DNA of 28,444 bases, taken from positions 1 to 28,444 of the forward strand of contig CAZKPV010000005.1 of the NCBI GenBank assembly GCA_964554735.1. The letters are read 5' to 3'. This DNA is from an uncultured Clostridia bacterium. GTDB taxonomy: Bacteria > Bacillota > Desulfotomaculia > Desulfotomaculales > CAZKPV01. This document shows, in pieces, positions 8,616-17,005 of the stretch. The position numbers were made by a program, and so were the translations under genes. Under the pieces are notes generated by a model. It had not been told where the DNA came from. It searched no databases and saw only the letters and a program-made list of their open reading frames with translations. Position 1 is the stretch's first letter. Each line of letters opens with the position of its first letter.

Positions 8616-9299
8616 GTGATCGGGATGTCGGACAAGGATAAGATAGTTGGTATTGACAGTAATTTAAGGATTGAAGTTTCGAGGGTTGGGGAATCCGACA
8701 GCTATGTTTCCCGGATTGATGCTTTTGATGAAGACTCCTTTTATATGCCCTTGCCGTATTCCCGGCTCATCCCCCTCGTTCTGAACAAGGGGGATGATGT
8801 GGTCATCAGGTTTCCCGGGGTACAGGAAAGCTACACCTTCCAAACCACCGTTTTGGATGTACAAAGGGACAAGGTTCCCCTATATCGGATGAGGTTGCCG
8901 ACTGAGATAGTCCGGGTACAACAAAGACATTTTGTTAGATTACCAGTGCTGTTGAAGGCACATTATGCACGTCTGCCGGAAGGGAATGAATTGCCCGAGT
9001 ACAATGAGGTCAGGGTCTTGGACATCAGCGGCGGTGGGCTGAAGATAGCAACGGAAAACAGCTTCACAATCGGGGAAATCCTACTGATCAAACTGGAACT
9101 ACCTTCCGTGGCAGGAAGGGAAAACGGCAGATTTATTGCAACCTTGAAAGCCAAGGTTGTGCGGACCGATACAGTTAAAAGGGATGGTATGGTAATTTAC
9201 CATTCGGGGCTAAAATTTCTCGACATTACACAAAAACAGCAGGACAGGATAGTATGTTTTGTTTTTCAGAAAATGACGGAAGCAAACCGTTACAGTTAA
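8616..9299 (+). CDS. PilZ-domain flagellar brake protein (YcgR/MotI-like, c-di-GMP binding)
   Basis: RxxxR motif (QQRHFVRLP) and DxSxxG motif (DISGGG). Start moved to GTG 8616 (or ATG 8625) after AAGGAG; the ORF-track start at 8541 overlaps flhG. Confidence 0.88.
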   Translation: MIGMSDKDKIVGIDSNLRIEVSRVGESDSYVSRIDAFDEDSFYMPLPYSRLIPLVLNKGDDVVIRFPGVQESYTFQTTVLDVQRDKVPLYRMRLPTEIVRVQQRHFVRLPVLLKAHYARLPEGNELPEYNEVRVLDISGGGLKIATENSFTIGEILLIKLELPSVAGRENGRFIATLKAKVVRTDTVKRDGMVIYHSGLKFLDITQKQQDRIVCFVFQKMTEANRYS

Positions 9300-9314
9300 C
9301 ACGGGGTGAATAAG

Positions 9315-10040
9315 ATGGCAATAGAAAGCAATGATTTAAAGCACGAGCTGATTATACGTTACCTACCCCTGGTCAAACATATTGCCGGACGCTTGGCGGT
9401 CCGCCTTCCCCCTGTTATTAGCCAGGATGATTTGGAGGGTTACGGGGTGTTTGGCCTGATTGACGCGGTGGAAAAGTATAATCCCGAAAAGGGTGCAAGT
9501 TTCAAAAGCTATGCATCCAAAAGAATCCATGGCTCAATGGTTGACGAATTGCGCAAATTTAATTGGATTCCGCGTACCCTATACAGTAAACTACGGGAAA
9601 TGAAAAATGCGCACGAAAATTTGGAGAAGAGGAATGGGGGCCCGGTTTCCCCGGAGGAAATAGCCGACGAACTCGGTATCTCTGTTGACCAACTACATGT
9701 GCTTACAACCCACCTTGCCCGTGTAAACGTATTGTCATTGGAAAAAGAAATATCACCGGGGGATGGGGAAAGCACAATCCTCGGGCATTTTTTGGAAGAC
9801 AAAGCCGGCACGGACCCCCTCCAGGAACTAATCGACAAGGAGGACTCCGAGATTCTGGCCAAAATGGTCGGTGAACTGGAAGATAGGGAGCAGCTCATCC
9901 TGGCGCTTTACTACAAGGAAAGGCTTACCTTGAAGGAGATAGGGTGTGTGTTGGATATTACCGAGTCGCGAGTGTGCCAATTGCACGCCCGGGTACTGGA
10001 AAAATTACGCAGGAAAATGAGGGTGGCATACAAATGTTAG
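9315..10040 (+). CDS. fliA: RNA polymerase sigma-28 factor FliA/SigD/WhiG family
   Basis: YLPLVKHIAGRL, DLEGYGVFGLIDAVEKYNPEKGASFKSYASKRIHGSMVDELRKFNW, TLKEIGCVLDITESRVCQLH. ATG 9315 is preferred on RBS spacing (GTG 9306 possible). Confidence 0.96.
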   Translation: MAIESNDLKHELIIRYLPLVKHIAGRLAVRLPPVISQDDLEGYGVFGLIDAVEKYNPEKGASFKSYASKRIHGSMVDELRKFNWIPRTLYSKLREMKNAHENLEKRNGGPVSPEEIADELGISVDQLHVLTTHLARVNVLSLEKEISPGDGESTILGHFLEDKAGTDPLQELIDKEDSEILAKMVGELEDREQLILALYYKERLTLKEIGCVLDITESRVCQLHARVLEKLRRKMRVAYKC

Positions 10041-10429
10041 AAGGATTTGCTTTAGGGGTGTTGGCGGTACTGGTTTTGGCGGCGGGGGTGTACTTCTTTT
10101 GGTATCGCAGGCTGTACGCCGAGGACAAGGAAGGAACCCTATTCGCCGATGAGTTAATGCACATGCAAAATGTTGAACCCCATGAATTGGAGGTTCGTAT
10201 AAGCAACATCGAATCCAAAGTGGAGGCAATCTACATCACAATCAACCAACTGAGCAGACAGATTGATGCACTGGTCTCCAGGGGCGATGCCAACCCGGGC
10301 ATAAACCCCAAATATGCGGAGATATACAACGCCTACGACCGGGGAATAGAGATAACCGAGATCGCCCGTAACACCGGGCGTCACAAGGGTGAAATAGAAC
10401 TCATCCTCAACTTGAGAAAGCTAAACTAG
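10034..10429 (+). CDS. Membrane-anchored SwrB-like protein (TM, coiled coil, C-terminal HTH-like segment)
   Basis: TM LGVLAVLVLAAGVYFFWY; heptad region RISNIESKVEAIYITINQLSRQIDAL; C-terminal GIEITEIARNTGRHKGEIELILNLRK. Sits directly after sigma-28, like B. subtilis swrB. ATG 10034 overlaps the fliA stop. Confidence 0.65.
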   Translation: MLEGFALGVLAVLVLAAGVYFFWYRRLYAEDKEGTLFADELMHMQNVEPHELEVRISNIESKVEAIYITINQLSRQIDALVSRGDANPGINPKYAEIYNAYDRGIEITEIARNTGRHKGEIELILNLRKLN

Positions 10430-10480
10430 CAGGCAACACAGAGGTAAGACAGATGTGTTGAAAAGGAGGTATTAGCCGGA

Positions 10481-11245
10481 ATGAATTGCGGAATATACGC
10501 AGCCGCTTCTGGTATGGCCGTGCAAAGGGACAGGATGGATGTGGTGGCGAATAATATGGAAAACGTTGCCACCACGGGCTACAAGCGCGATCAAGGAACC
10601 ATAAATTCATTCAAGGATGTACTGATTTACGCGCAAAAAGGTGGTAGCGGCAATCGTAGATTGGGTACGAGCGGCTTCGGGGCGAATTTTTATCAGGCGG
10701 CTACCGATTTCAAGCCGGGCCCGATTGCGGAAACGGGCCGCGGCACTGATTTTGCCTTAACCGGTGACGGATTCTTCGTTTTGGAAGGAGAGGACGGGCA
10801 CCTGTATACCCGGGATGGGGCATTTTCCGTGGACAAGGAAGGGTATTTAGTCGGTGCCGGCGGCAGGCGCGTGCTCGGGGAGCGGGGGGCAATCCAGCTG
10901 AGCCGCCGCAACGAACCCGTGTCGGGCATTTTCATGGACAATGAGGGCAATATTAGCTCCGATGGCGGTAGAACGGACAGGTTTATGATCTATGATTTTG
11001 AAAATAAACTGGTCCTGGAAAAACAGGGGGGAAATTGTTTCAAGGACCCGGAAGGGGAGGGACGCAGGGTAAGAGACCGCGGGGGTATGGTCAAGCAAGG
11101 CTTTCTGGAAGGTTCCAACGTTGATTTGGCAACCGAGATTGTGGACATGATGGCCGTGCTGCGCGCTTATGAGGCCGGGCAAAAAGTGCTACACGCCCAG
11201 GACGAACTTACCGAACGCGTATTGCGCGTGGGCAGCACAAGATAG
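10481..11245 (+). CDS. flgF: Flagellar basal-body rod protein FlgF/FlhO family
   Basis: GIYAAASGM...MDVVANNMENVATTGYK, YTRDGAF, QGFLEGSNVD...YEAGQK. Confidence 0.88.
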   Translation: MNCGIYAAASGMAVQRDRMDVVANNMENVATTGYKRDQGTINSFKDVLIYAQKGGSGNRRLGTSGFGANFYQAATDFKPGPIAETGRGTDFALTGDGFFVLEGEDGHLYTRDGAFSVDKEGYLVGAGGRRVLGERGAIQLSRRNEPVSGIFMDNEGNISSDGGRTDRFMIYDFENKLVLEKQGGNCFKDPEGEGRRVRDRGGMVKQGFLEGSNVDLATEIVDMMAVLRAYEAGQKVLHAQDELTERVLRVGSTR

Positions 11246-11273
11246 CTAAACCCACCATAGGGAGGTAAATTTT

Positions 11274-12047
11274 ATGATAGATTTACTGTTTAAAACGGCA
11301 AGCGGGTTGACGGCCCAGCAGACCAAGATGGACGTTACCGCCAACAATATCGCCAACGTCAATACACACTCATTTAAAAGCAGTCGCACTACATTTGCGG
11401 ATCTGCTCTACCAAAAAGCCCATGTCGCCAGTGGGAGTGGCCAACATACGGACATTCCAACCCTTGGCCGCGGTGTCCGCGTTGATGCCATACAGAAGGA
11501 TCCGGCCCAAGGGGTGCCGGACAACACGGGTAGGCCGTTTGATCTGGCTATAAACGGAAATGGATACTTTAGGGTTACATCCCCGGACGGTCAGTATTAT
11601 TATACCCGTGGAGGGGCATTTCAGTTAAATAAAGATGGCCGTCTAGTTTACTCCAACGGTTTTATGCTTTCACCGCGGATAGATATACCGGGGGACGGCA
11701 CGAATGTCAAAATCGCCCCGGATGGCACAGTTACAGCTGTTGATGATGAAGGCAAGCTAACGGAAGTCGGGAGAATCGAACTTTACTCCTTTAGCGGCCC
11801 CGATAGCCTGATCGCCAAAGGGGACAATCTGTTTGCGGAAGCCACGGACAGCAGGCGATCAAGGAGTGGGCGGGCCGGAGAAGGCGGACTAGGGCAAATT
11901 CGCCAGGGCTTCCTGGAAAAATCGAATGTGGATATATTACGGGAGATGAATGATTTAATAGAGGCCCAAAGGGCCTACCAAGTTAGTGCCCGTGCGGTTA
12001 AAACCGCCGAGGAAATGTGGAATATAGCCAACAATCTCTACAGGTAG
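11274..12047 (+). CDS. flgG: Flagellar basal-body distal rod protein FlgG/FlhP family
   Basis: ASGLTAQQTKMDVTANNIANVNT, DLAINGNGYF, YTRGGAF, QGFLEKSNVD...EAQRAYQ. Confidence 0.9.
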   Translation: MIDLLFKTASGLTAQQTKMDVTANNIANVNTHSFKSSRTTFADLLYQKAHVASGSGQHTDIPTLGRGVRVDAIQKDPAQGVPDNTGRPFDLAINGNGYFRVTSPDGQYYYTRGGAFQLNKDGRLVYSNGFMLSPRIDIPGDGTNVKIAPDGTVTAVDDEGKLTEVGRIELYSFSGPDSLIAKGDNLFAEATDSRRSRSGRAGEGGLGQIRQGFLEKSNVDILREMNDLIEAQRAYQVSARAVKTAEEMWNIANNLYR

Positions 12048-12056
12048 GAGTAAAAG

Positions 12057-12566
12057 ATGCTGAAAACTATTGATCTGACAAAAGAAGTTAGCGTCGGTAT
12101 CGCGGATTACAAAATATCTTCCGCACCTGATAAGCTGATCACATTCGGGCTTGGTTCATGCGTAGGTATTGCGCTCTATGACCCCATTTTAAAATTGGGA
12201 GGTTTGTTGCACATTATGTTGCCTGACAGCACCCAGTTCAGCAAAGACAAGGTTACAAACCATGCTAAATTTGCCGACCTGGGCATCCCCCTCTTGGTCC
12301 GGAAAATGAGATCAAAAGGTGCCAAAATCTTGAGGCTACAGGCCAAACTGGTTGGTGGGGCGCAGATGTTTTCGGGTTTTGACAAAAAGCTTCTCTTGAA
12401 CATCGGGGAGCGCAACTCCATAGCGGCCAAAAAAATATTAAAGTCCATGGGCATAAAAATTTTAGCCGAGGACTTGGGGGGGAACACGGGAAGAACCATG
12501 GTATTGGACACGATGAGCGGCCAGGTGCATATCAGGACACTGGGAAAAAACCAAAAGGTGGTTTAA
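12057..12566 (+). CDS. cheD: Chemoreceptor glutamine deamidase CheD
   Basis: VGIADYK, GLGSCVGIALYD (catalytic Cys), GGLLHIMLP, AKLVGGAQMF, EDLGGNTGRT. Confidence 0.96.
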   Translation: MLKTIDLTKEVSVGIADYKISSAPDKLITFGLGSCVGIALYDPILKLGGLLHIMLPDSTQFSKDKVTNHAKFADLGIPLLVRKMRSKGAKILRLQAKLVGGAQMFSGFDKKLLLNIGERNSIAAKKILKSMGIKILAEDLGGNTGRTMVLDTMSGQVHIRTLGKNQKVV

Positions 12567-12567
12567 A

Positions 12568-13335
12568 TTGGAATATCAAATTTTTAAGAGAGAAATGAAA
12601 GAAAGTTTCAACTTGGATCTGAACGGTTACAAGGAAAGGCAGTTGCAGCGGCGTCTGAATGCAATTATGAACAGATTAGAAGTGGACAATTACCGCTCCC
12701 TCTTGTCATTGCTCTTTGAGGATCGCAGCTCTTACGATACTTTTATTGATAATCTGACAATAAACGTAACCGAATTCTTTCGCGACAAAAAACTGTTTGG
12801 CAAACTTGAAGATGAGATGATTCCTGAACTTTTAAAAAGAAACAGAACCTTAAAAATTTGGAGTGCGGCTTGTGCCAATGGTGCCGAACCCTATTCCATA
12901 GCCATGATCCTAAAAGAACTTACCCCGGGTATACGCCACACCATTGATGCTACCGATTTGGACGGCAATATTTTGCAGGTTGCGCAAAGGGGGCTGTACC
13001 CCGCGGATTTGCTGAAAAATGTTACTTCCTCCCGGGTGCGGGATTATTTCGAAAAGCAGGGAGACTTTTATAAATTGGACGCCGGCATTAAACGGATGGT
13101 TACCTTTCGTAAGCATGATTTGCTTTACGAAAGATTCCGCAAGGGTTACGACCTCATCGTCTGCCGTAATGTCATGATTTACTTTACCAAGGAAGCCCAG
13201 ACCAGGATAAACAGGAAATTTGCCCAATCTTTAAACCGCAACGGTATCCTTTTTACCGGCGGCAGTGAAACCATATTCGACTACCGCGAATACGGTCTCG
13301 ACAGATTGAGCCCATGTTTTTACCGAAAACAATAA
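12568..13335 (+). CDS. cheR: Chemotaxis methyltransferase CheR
   Basis: LTINVTEFFRD, IWSAACANGAEPYSIAM, YDLIVCRNVMIYF; TTG start. Confidence 0.96.
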   Translation: MEYQIFKREMKESFNLDLNGYKERQLQRRLNAIMNRLEVDNYRSLLSLLFEDRSSYDTFIDNLTINVTEFFRDKKLFGKLEDEMIPELLKRNRTLKIWSAACANGAEPYSIAMILKELTPGIRHTIDATDLDGNILQVAQRGLYPADLLKNVTSSRVRDYFEKQGDFYKLDAGIKRMVTFRKHDLLYERFRKGYDLIVCRNVMIYFTKEAQTRINRKFAQSLNRNGILFTGGSETIFDYREYGLDRLSPCFYRKQ

Positions 13336-13363
13336 CACATTAGCCATCGCGAGGAGAACAAAG

Positions 13364-13978
13364 ATGAGTACAGCAGGCAATTTTAACGAAGATCAAATTG
13401 ATGTCCTAAAGGAAATAGGCAACATTGGGATAGGCAATGCTCTCAGTAGCCTGTCCGTAATGATCAACAAAAGAATAAATATGGAAGTACCAAGGGCCGG
13501 TTTCTATCATTTGGAGGAAATAATAGAGTCTATCGGCGGCTATGAGGAACTGGTTTCCTGCATAATATTTAGGGTTACCGGTGATACCCCGTGTTCAATT
13601 TTGTTTATTTTCGACTCCAAGAGCACCTACACCATTTTAGATATGATCAAAAAAACATCCGAGGGACCTAAAGACCTTGACGATTATGACGAATCTATTA
13701 TTAAGGAGGTTGGGAACATTCTCGCCGGTTCATATATAACGGCCTTGTGTAGCATGACCCAGCTGAAACAAAAAGTTTCGGTGCCTATGTTCGCCTTTGA
13801 TATGCTTGGGGCAGTACTGTCGGCATCACTGGCGGTTAGCGGCTATGTGCAGGAGAGGGTACTGTCCATCGAAACCAGTCTGACGGGGGACAAGGAAGTC
13901 ATCAAGGGCAATTTTTTGGTGCTTCTTGAGCCGGAATCACTGGGCACTATGTACAAGGCATTAGGCCTAACCGAATAA
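13364..13978 (+). CDS. cheC: CheY-P phosphatase CheC
   Basis: Two ExxN motifs (KEIGNIG, KEVGNIL) and SVPMFAFDMLGAVL. Confidence 0.93.
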   Translation: MSTAGNFNEDQIDVLKEIGNIGIGNALSSLSVMINKRINMEVPRAGFYHLEEIIESIGGYEELVSCIIFRVTGDTPCSILFIFDSKSTYTILDMIKKTSEGPKDLDDYDESIIKEVGNILAGSYITALCSMTQLKQKVSVPMFAFDMLGAVLSASLAVSGYVQERVLSIETSLTGDKEVIKGNFLVLLEPESLGTMYKALGLTE

Positions 13979-14000
13979 CACTTGTAAGGGGGAAGAACAA

Positions 14001-14366
14001 TTGGCCAAGAAAATCTTAATTGTCGACGATGCCGCATTTATGCGCATGATGATCAAAAACATTGTTACCAAACAAAATTATGAGGTGGTAGGGGAGGCTG
14101 AAAACGGTTCCATGGCCATTGAAATGTATAAGGAATTAAAGCCAAACCTGGTCACCATGGATATTACCATGCCGGAAATGGACGGTATCGAAGGGGTAAA
14201 GGGCATAAAAAGCATTGACCCGGATGCAAACATCATTATGTGTAGTGCTATGGGGCAGCAAAGTATGGTAATGGAAGCGATCCAGGCGGGGGCTAAGGAT
14301 TTTATAGTCAAGCCCTTCCAGGAGGACCGTATCCTACAGGCCATCGAACGTGTTCTAGGCAGATAA
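14001..14366 (+). CDS. cheY: Chemotaxis response regulator CheY
   Basis: ILIVDDAAFMRMMIK, DITMPEMDG (phospho-Asp), CSAMGQQ, DFIVKPF; TTG start. Confidence 0.96.
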   Translation: MAKKILIVDDAAFMRMMIKNIVTKQNYEVVGEAENGSMAIEMYKELKPNLVTMDITMPEMDGIEGVKGIKSIDPDANIIMCSAMGQQSMVMEAIQAGAKDFIVKPFQEDRILQAIERVLGR

Positions 14367-14391
14367 GAAAACAACATTGGGGGCAATTAGT

Positions 14392-15387
14392 TTGAAGGAA
14401 GTCCTATCACAAGCCGAAATAGACAATTTATTGGCGGCCGTTTCTTCCGGGGAAGTGACGGTTGAGGAGTTAAAAAAGACGGAGGAAAAGGTACATTACA
14501 AGACCTACGATTTCCGCCGACCCAACAAATTTTCTAAGGAGCATTTGCAGATGCTCCAAATGTTGCATGAAAGTTTTGCCAGGGTCTTGTCCAACTACCT
14601 TTCGGGTTATCTGAGGGCCAATGTCGGTATCAGCTTGGCATCCGTCGACCAGTTAACCTACGAAGATTTCATCCAGTCCCTGCCAAGTCCGACACTGTTG
14701 ACGGCCTTTTCCATGAAACCCTTGAAAGGCTCGGCGGTTATTGAAACTAACCTGCAGTTCTTGTTTCCCATAATAGACTTATTGTTGGGGGGACCGGGTG
14801 AGGCCATTAAAAAGGTGCGCGAGTTGACCGATATTGAGCTGTCGGTGGCCAAAAGGGTCGTATCTCAGATATTGGACAACTTCAACATTGCCTGGGCCGA
14901 TGTCTACAAATTTACGGCGGAAATAGAATCGGTGGAAACAAACCCTCACCTACACCAACTAATCAGCCCCAGTGAAATAGTTGCGGTAATCACTTTTGCG
15001 GCCTCAGTAGAGGGAACAGTGAGGGGTTTGATAAATATATGCTTGCCTAGCGTCCTCCTGGAGCCTATCTTGTCCCAGTTGTCTGCCCATTATATGTTTT
15101 CTGCTTCCGAACCTCACAATGTGGAAAAGGAAATAGGTCGGCTCGAGAACCTGTTGGGTTTTTCTAAAATAGATTTGACCGCGGTCGTGGGGTATGCACA
15201 GGTTAAAATCAAGGATTTCTTACAGCTACAAGAAGGGGATGTTTTGGTTATAGATAAGAGTTATGACGAGGACCTGGATTTGTACGTGGGTGATAATTTA
15301 AAGTTTAAGGTGCAGGCCGGCTCTAGGGGAAGGTTTGTTGCAGTTCAGGTAACATCGCTGGCAGAGGAGGAGAAAATTAATGACTAA
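14392..15387 (+). CDS. fliM: Flagellar motor switch protein FliM
   Basis: N-terminal CheY-binding LSQAEIDNLL, YDFRRPNKFSKE and a C-terminal SpoA domain. TTG 14392 is preferred over 14377 on RBS spacing. Confidence 0.96.
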   Translation: MKEVLSQAEIDNLLAAVSSGEVTVEELKKTEEKVHYKTYDFRRPNKFSKEHLQMLQMLHESFARVLSNYLSGYLRANVGISLASVDQLTYEDFIQSLPSPTLLTAFSMKPLKGSAVIETNLQFLFPIIDLLLGGPGEAIKKVRELTDIELSVAKRVVSQILDNFNIAWADVYKFTAEIESVETNPHLHQLISPSEIVAVITFAASVEGTVRGLINICLPSVLLEPILSQLSAHYMFSASEPHNVEKEIGRLENLLGFSKIDLTAVVGYAQVKIKDFLQLQEGDVLVIDKSYDEDLDLYVGDNLKFKVQAGSRGRFVAVQVTSLAEEEKIND

Positions 15388-16933
15388 CCGATTCCTGGCC
15401 CAGGAGGAAATAGATGCTTTATTGAAAAAAGACGAGGGTGCAGAGGAAGAAGAAAGTTTAGAAAAGGATACAGGTGTGTCCGAAAAGGGCGAAGGCGCGG
15501 CAGGTGACGGTGCCTCCACTGACAGTGCGCTAGCAGGTGACGGTTCAGGCGTGGGAGCCGACAGTAGCGAGGCGGATGACGCCTTGGGTGAAATAGAAAA
15601 GGATGCCCTGGGTGAAATAGGTAACATTTCCATGGGCTCGGCGGCGACAACACTGTCGCAAATTTTGGATAAGGAAGTCCGTATAACCAGCCCCAAAGTG
15701 TCAATTTGTACGGCCCAGGGCCTGTTTGCGAGATTCACAATTCCGAGATTGCTGGTCAAGGTGAAATTTAGGGAAGGTTTGTCCGGTTACAATCTTTTAA
15801 TAATGAAGATAAATGACGCGGCGGTTTTGGCCAACCTTATGATGGGCGGCGATGGGACCAACGTTTCCGAGGAGTTAACGGAAATGGAGATAAGTGCGGC
15901 TTCGGAAGCAATGAATCAAATGATCGGTACGGCCTCGACTTCCTTGGCCTCCATGTTCCAGCGCGCTATAAATATAGAACCGCCGGTTAGCATAGTTTTG
16001 GACACGGAAGATGCCGTGGACTACGATGACGTTGTTGAAACCGATGAGGTCGTGATGGTGGAGTTTAGGATGCTCATCAAAGATTTGCTGGACACACAGA
16101 TCATGCAGATCATGAGTGTTGAAACCGCCAAGGAAAAGGCAACCTTGCTTCTAGGCGGGGTAGCCAACGGCGGCGGTGGCATGGCTTCGGCGGCAACGGC
16201 GGAAGCAGTAACGGCGGAAGCGGCGGCGGAAGCGGCCATGGATGCCTTGGATGCAGCGGCGGCGGAAGCGGCCATGGATGCGGAGATAGCGGCGGGCGCG
16301 GAAACTGTTGCAGGCAGGGAGATTGATACCGCGGATGCGGAGATAGCGGCGGCGGAAGCGGCCATGGATGCGGAGATAGCGGCGGGCGGTACGGTGACAG
16401 GGGAATTTGTGGAGGGCAAATCGGCGGTTATTACCGGGGAGTCCGTGGTTTCGGTGGAAGGAACGCACGATGCCCGCGAGGCGCTAGCGGCCCAGGCGGC
16501 GGCCCAGGTAGCGCATCCGGCACAGACAGCCCTAGGGGCACATCCGGCACAGACAGCCCCGGATGCTTATGCGGCCCAGGCGGCCTATGCCAAACAAGGG
16601 GCCCTAGCCCATCATTCAGTGCAAAATTCAGCCCAGATGCCACCGGCAGTACCGGCAGCTTCATACGATAAGCAGAAGATAGACCTTTTGCTGGACATCC
16701 CTCTTAGGGTAACCGTGGTTTTGGGTCGCACTAGACGTCCAATTAAGGAAGTATTGGGCATGACATCAGGTTCCATAGTGGAACTGGCGGCCTTGGTTGA
16801 CGAACCGGTTGAGGTCCAAGTTAACGGAACATTGGTAGCCAAGGGCGAGGTTGTTGTGGTCAACGAGAATTTTGGCGTTCGTATTACGGAAATCCTAAGC
16901 CCAACGGAAAGGTTGCGGCAGTTAAAACAATAA
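15380..16933 (+). CDS. fliY: Flagellar motor switch phosphatase FliY with a long Ala-rich linker
   Basis: LAQEEIDALL; two CheC-type ExxN motifs (GEIGNISMG, SEAMNQMIG); C-terminal FliN domain LLLDIPLRVTVVLGRT...GEVVVVNENFGVRITEI. Confidence 0.93.
   Translation: MTNRFLAQEEIDALLKKDEGAEEEESLEKDTGVSEKGEGAAGDGASTDSALAGDGSGVGADSSEADDALGEIEKDALGEIGNISMGSAATTLSQILDKEVRITSPKVSICTAQGLFARFTIPRLLVKVKFREGLSGYNLLIMKINDAAVLANLMMGGDGTNVSEELTEMEISAASEAMNQMIGTASTSLASMFQRAINIEPPVSIVLDTEDAVDYDDVVETDEVVMVEFRMLIKDLLDTQIMQIMSVETAKEKATLLLGGVANGGGGMASAATAEAVTAEAAAEAAMDALDAAAAEAAMDAEIAAGAETVAGREIDTADAEIAAAEAAMDAEIAAGGTVTGEFVEGKSAVITGESVVSVEGTHDAREALAAQAAAQVAHPAQTALGAHPAQTAPDAYAAQAAYAKQGALAHHSVQNSAQMPPAVPAASYDKQKIDLLLDIPLRVTVVLGRTRRPIKEVLGMTSGSIVELAALVDEPVEVQVNGTLVAKGEVVVVNENFGVRITEILSPTERLRQLKQ
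16220..16388 (+). repeat. In-frame intragenic repeats in the fliY linker
   Basis: 44-bp perfect repeat at 16255-16298 and 16345-16388 (period 90); 26-bp partial copy at 16220-16245; encodes AAAEAAMDAEIAAG units. Confidence 0.92.
16514..16559 (+). repeat. 19-bp direct repeat CATCCGGCACAGACAGCCC (period 27) in the fliY linker
   Basis: Copies at 16514-16532 and 16541-16559, encoding AHPAQTA twice. Confidence 0.9.
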
Positions 16934-16939
16934 AAAAGA

Positions 16940-16965
16940 AGGAAAAAAGCCTGCTTTTGTCATAT
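16940..16965 (+). promoter_or_regulatory. Putative SigH-like promoter, copy 1 (AGGAAAAA-N7-TTTTGTCATAT)
   Basis: Resembles the motif at 22031 and 26711, but with one extra spacer base and a poorer -10. Confidence 0.35.
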
Positions 16966-17005
16966 TCTTTATTAGAATCTTACAGCAAGGAGAAAAGCAG
17001 GAATA

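Noticed and set aside
10434-10460. Hairpin CAACACA...TGTGTTG before flgF sharing AACACAGAGG with the REP-like motif
   Set aside because: Only a 7-bp stem and a 10-nt match, with no U-tract; too weak to call a REP remnant or terminator.
1-16933. c-di-GMP (GEMM) riboswitch in the flagellar intergenic regions
   Set aside because: No GGCAAA...GACGCAAA-type signature was found by eye; an Infernal/Rfam scan would be needed to exclude it.
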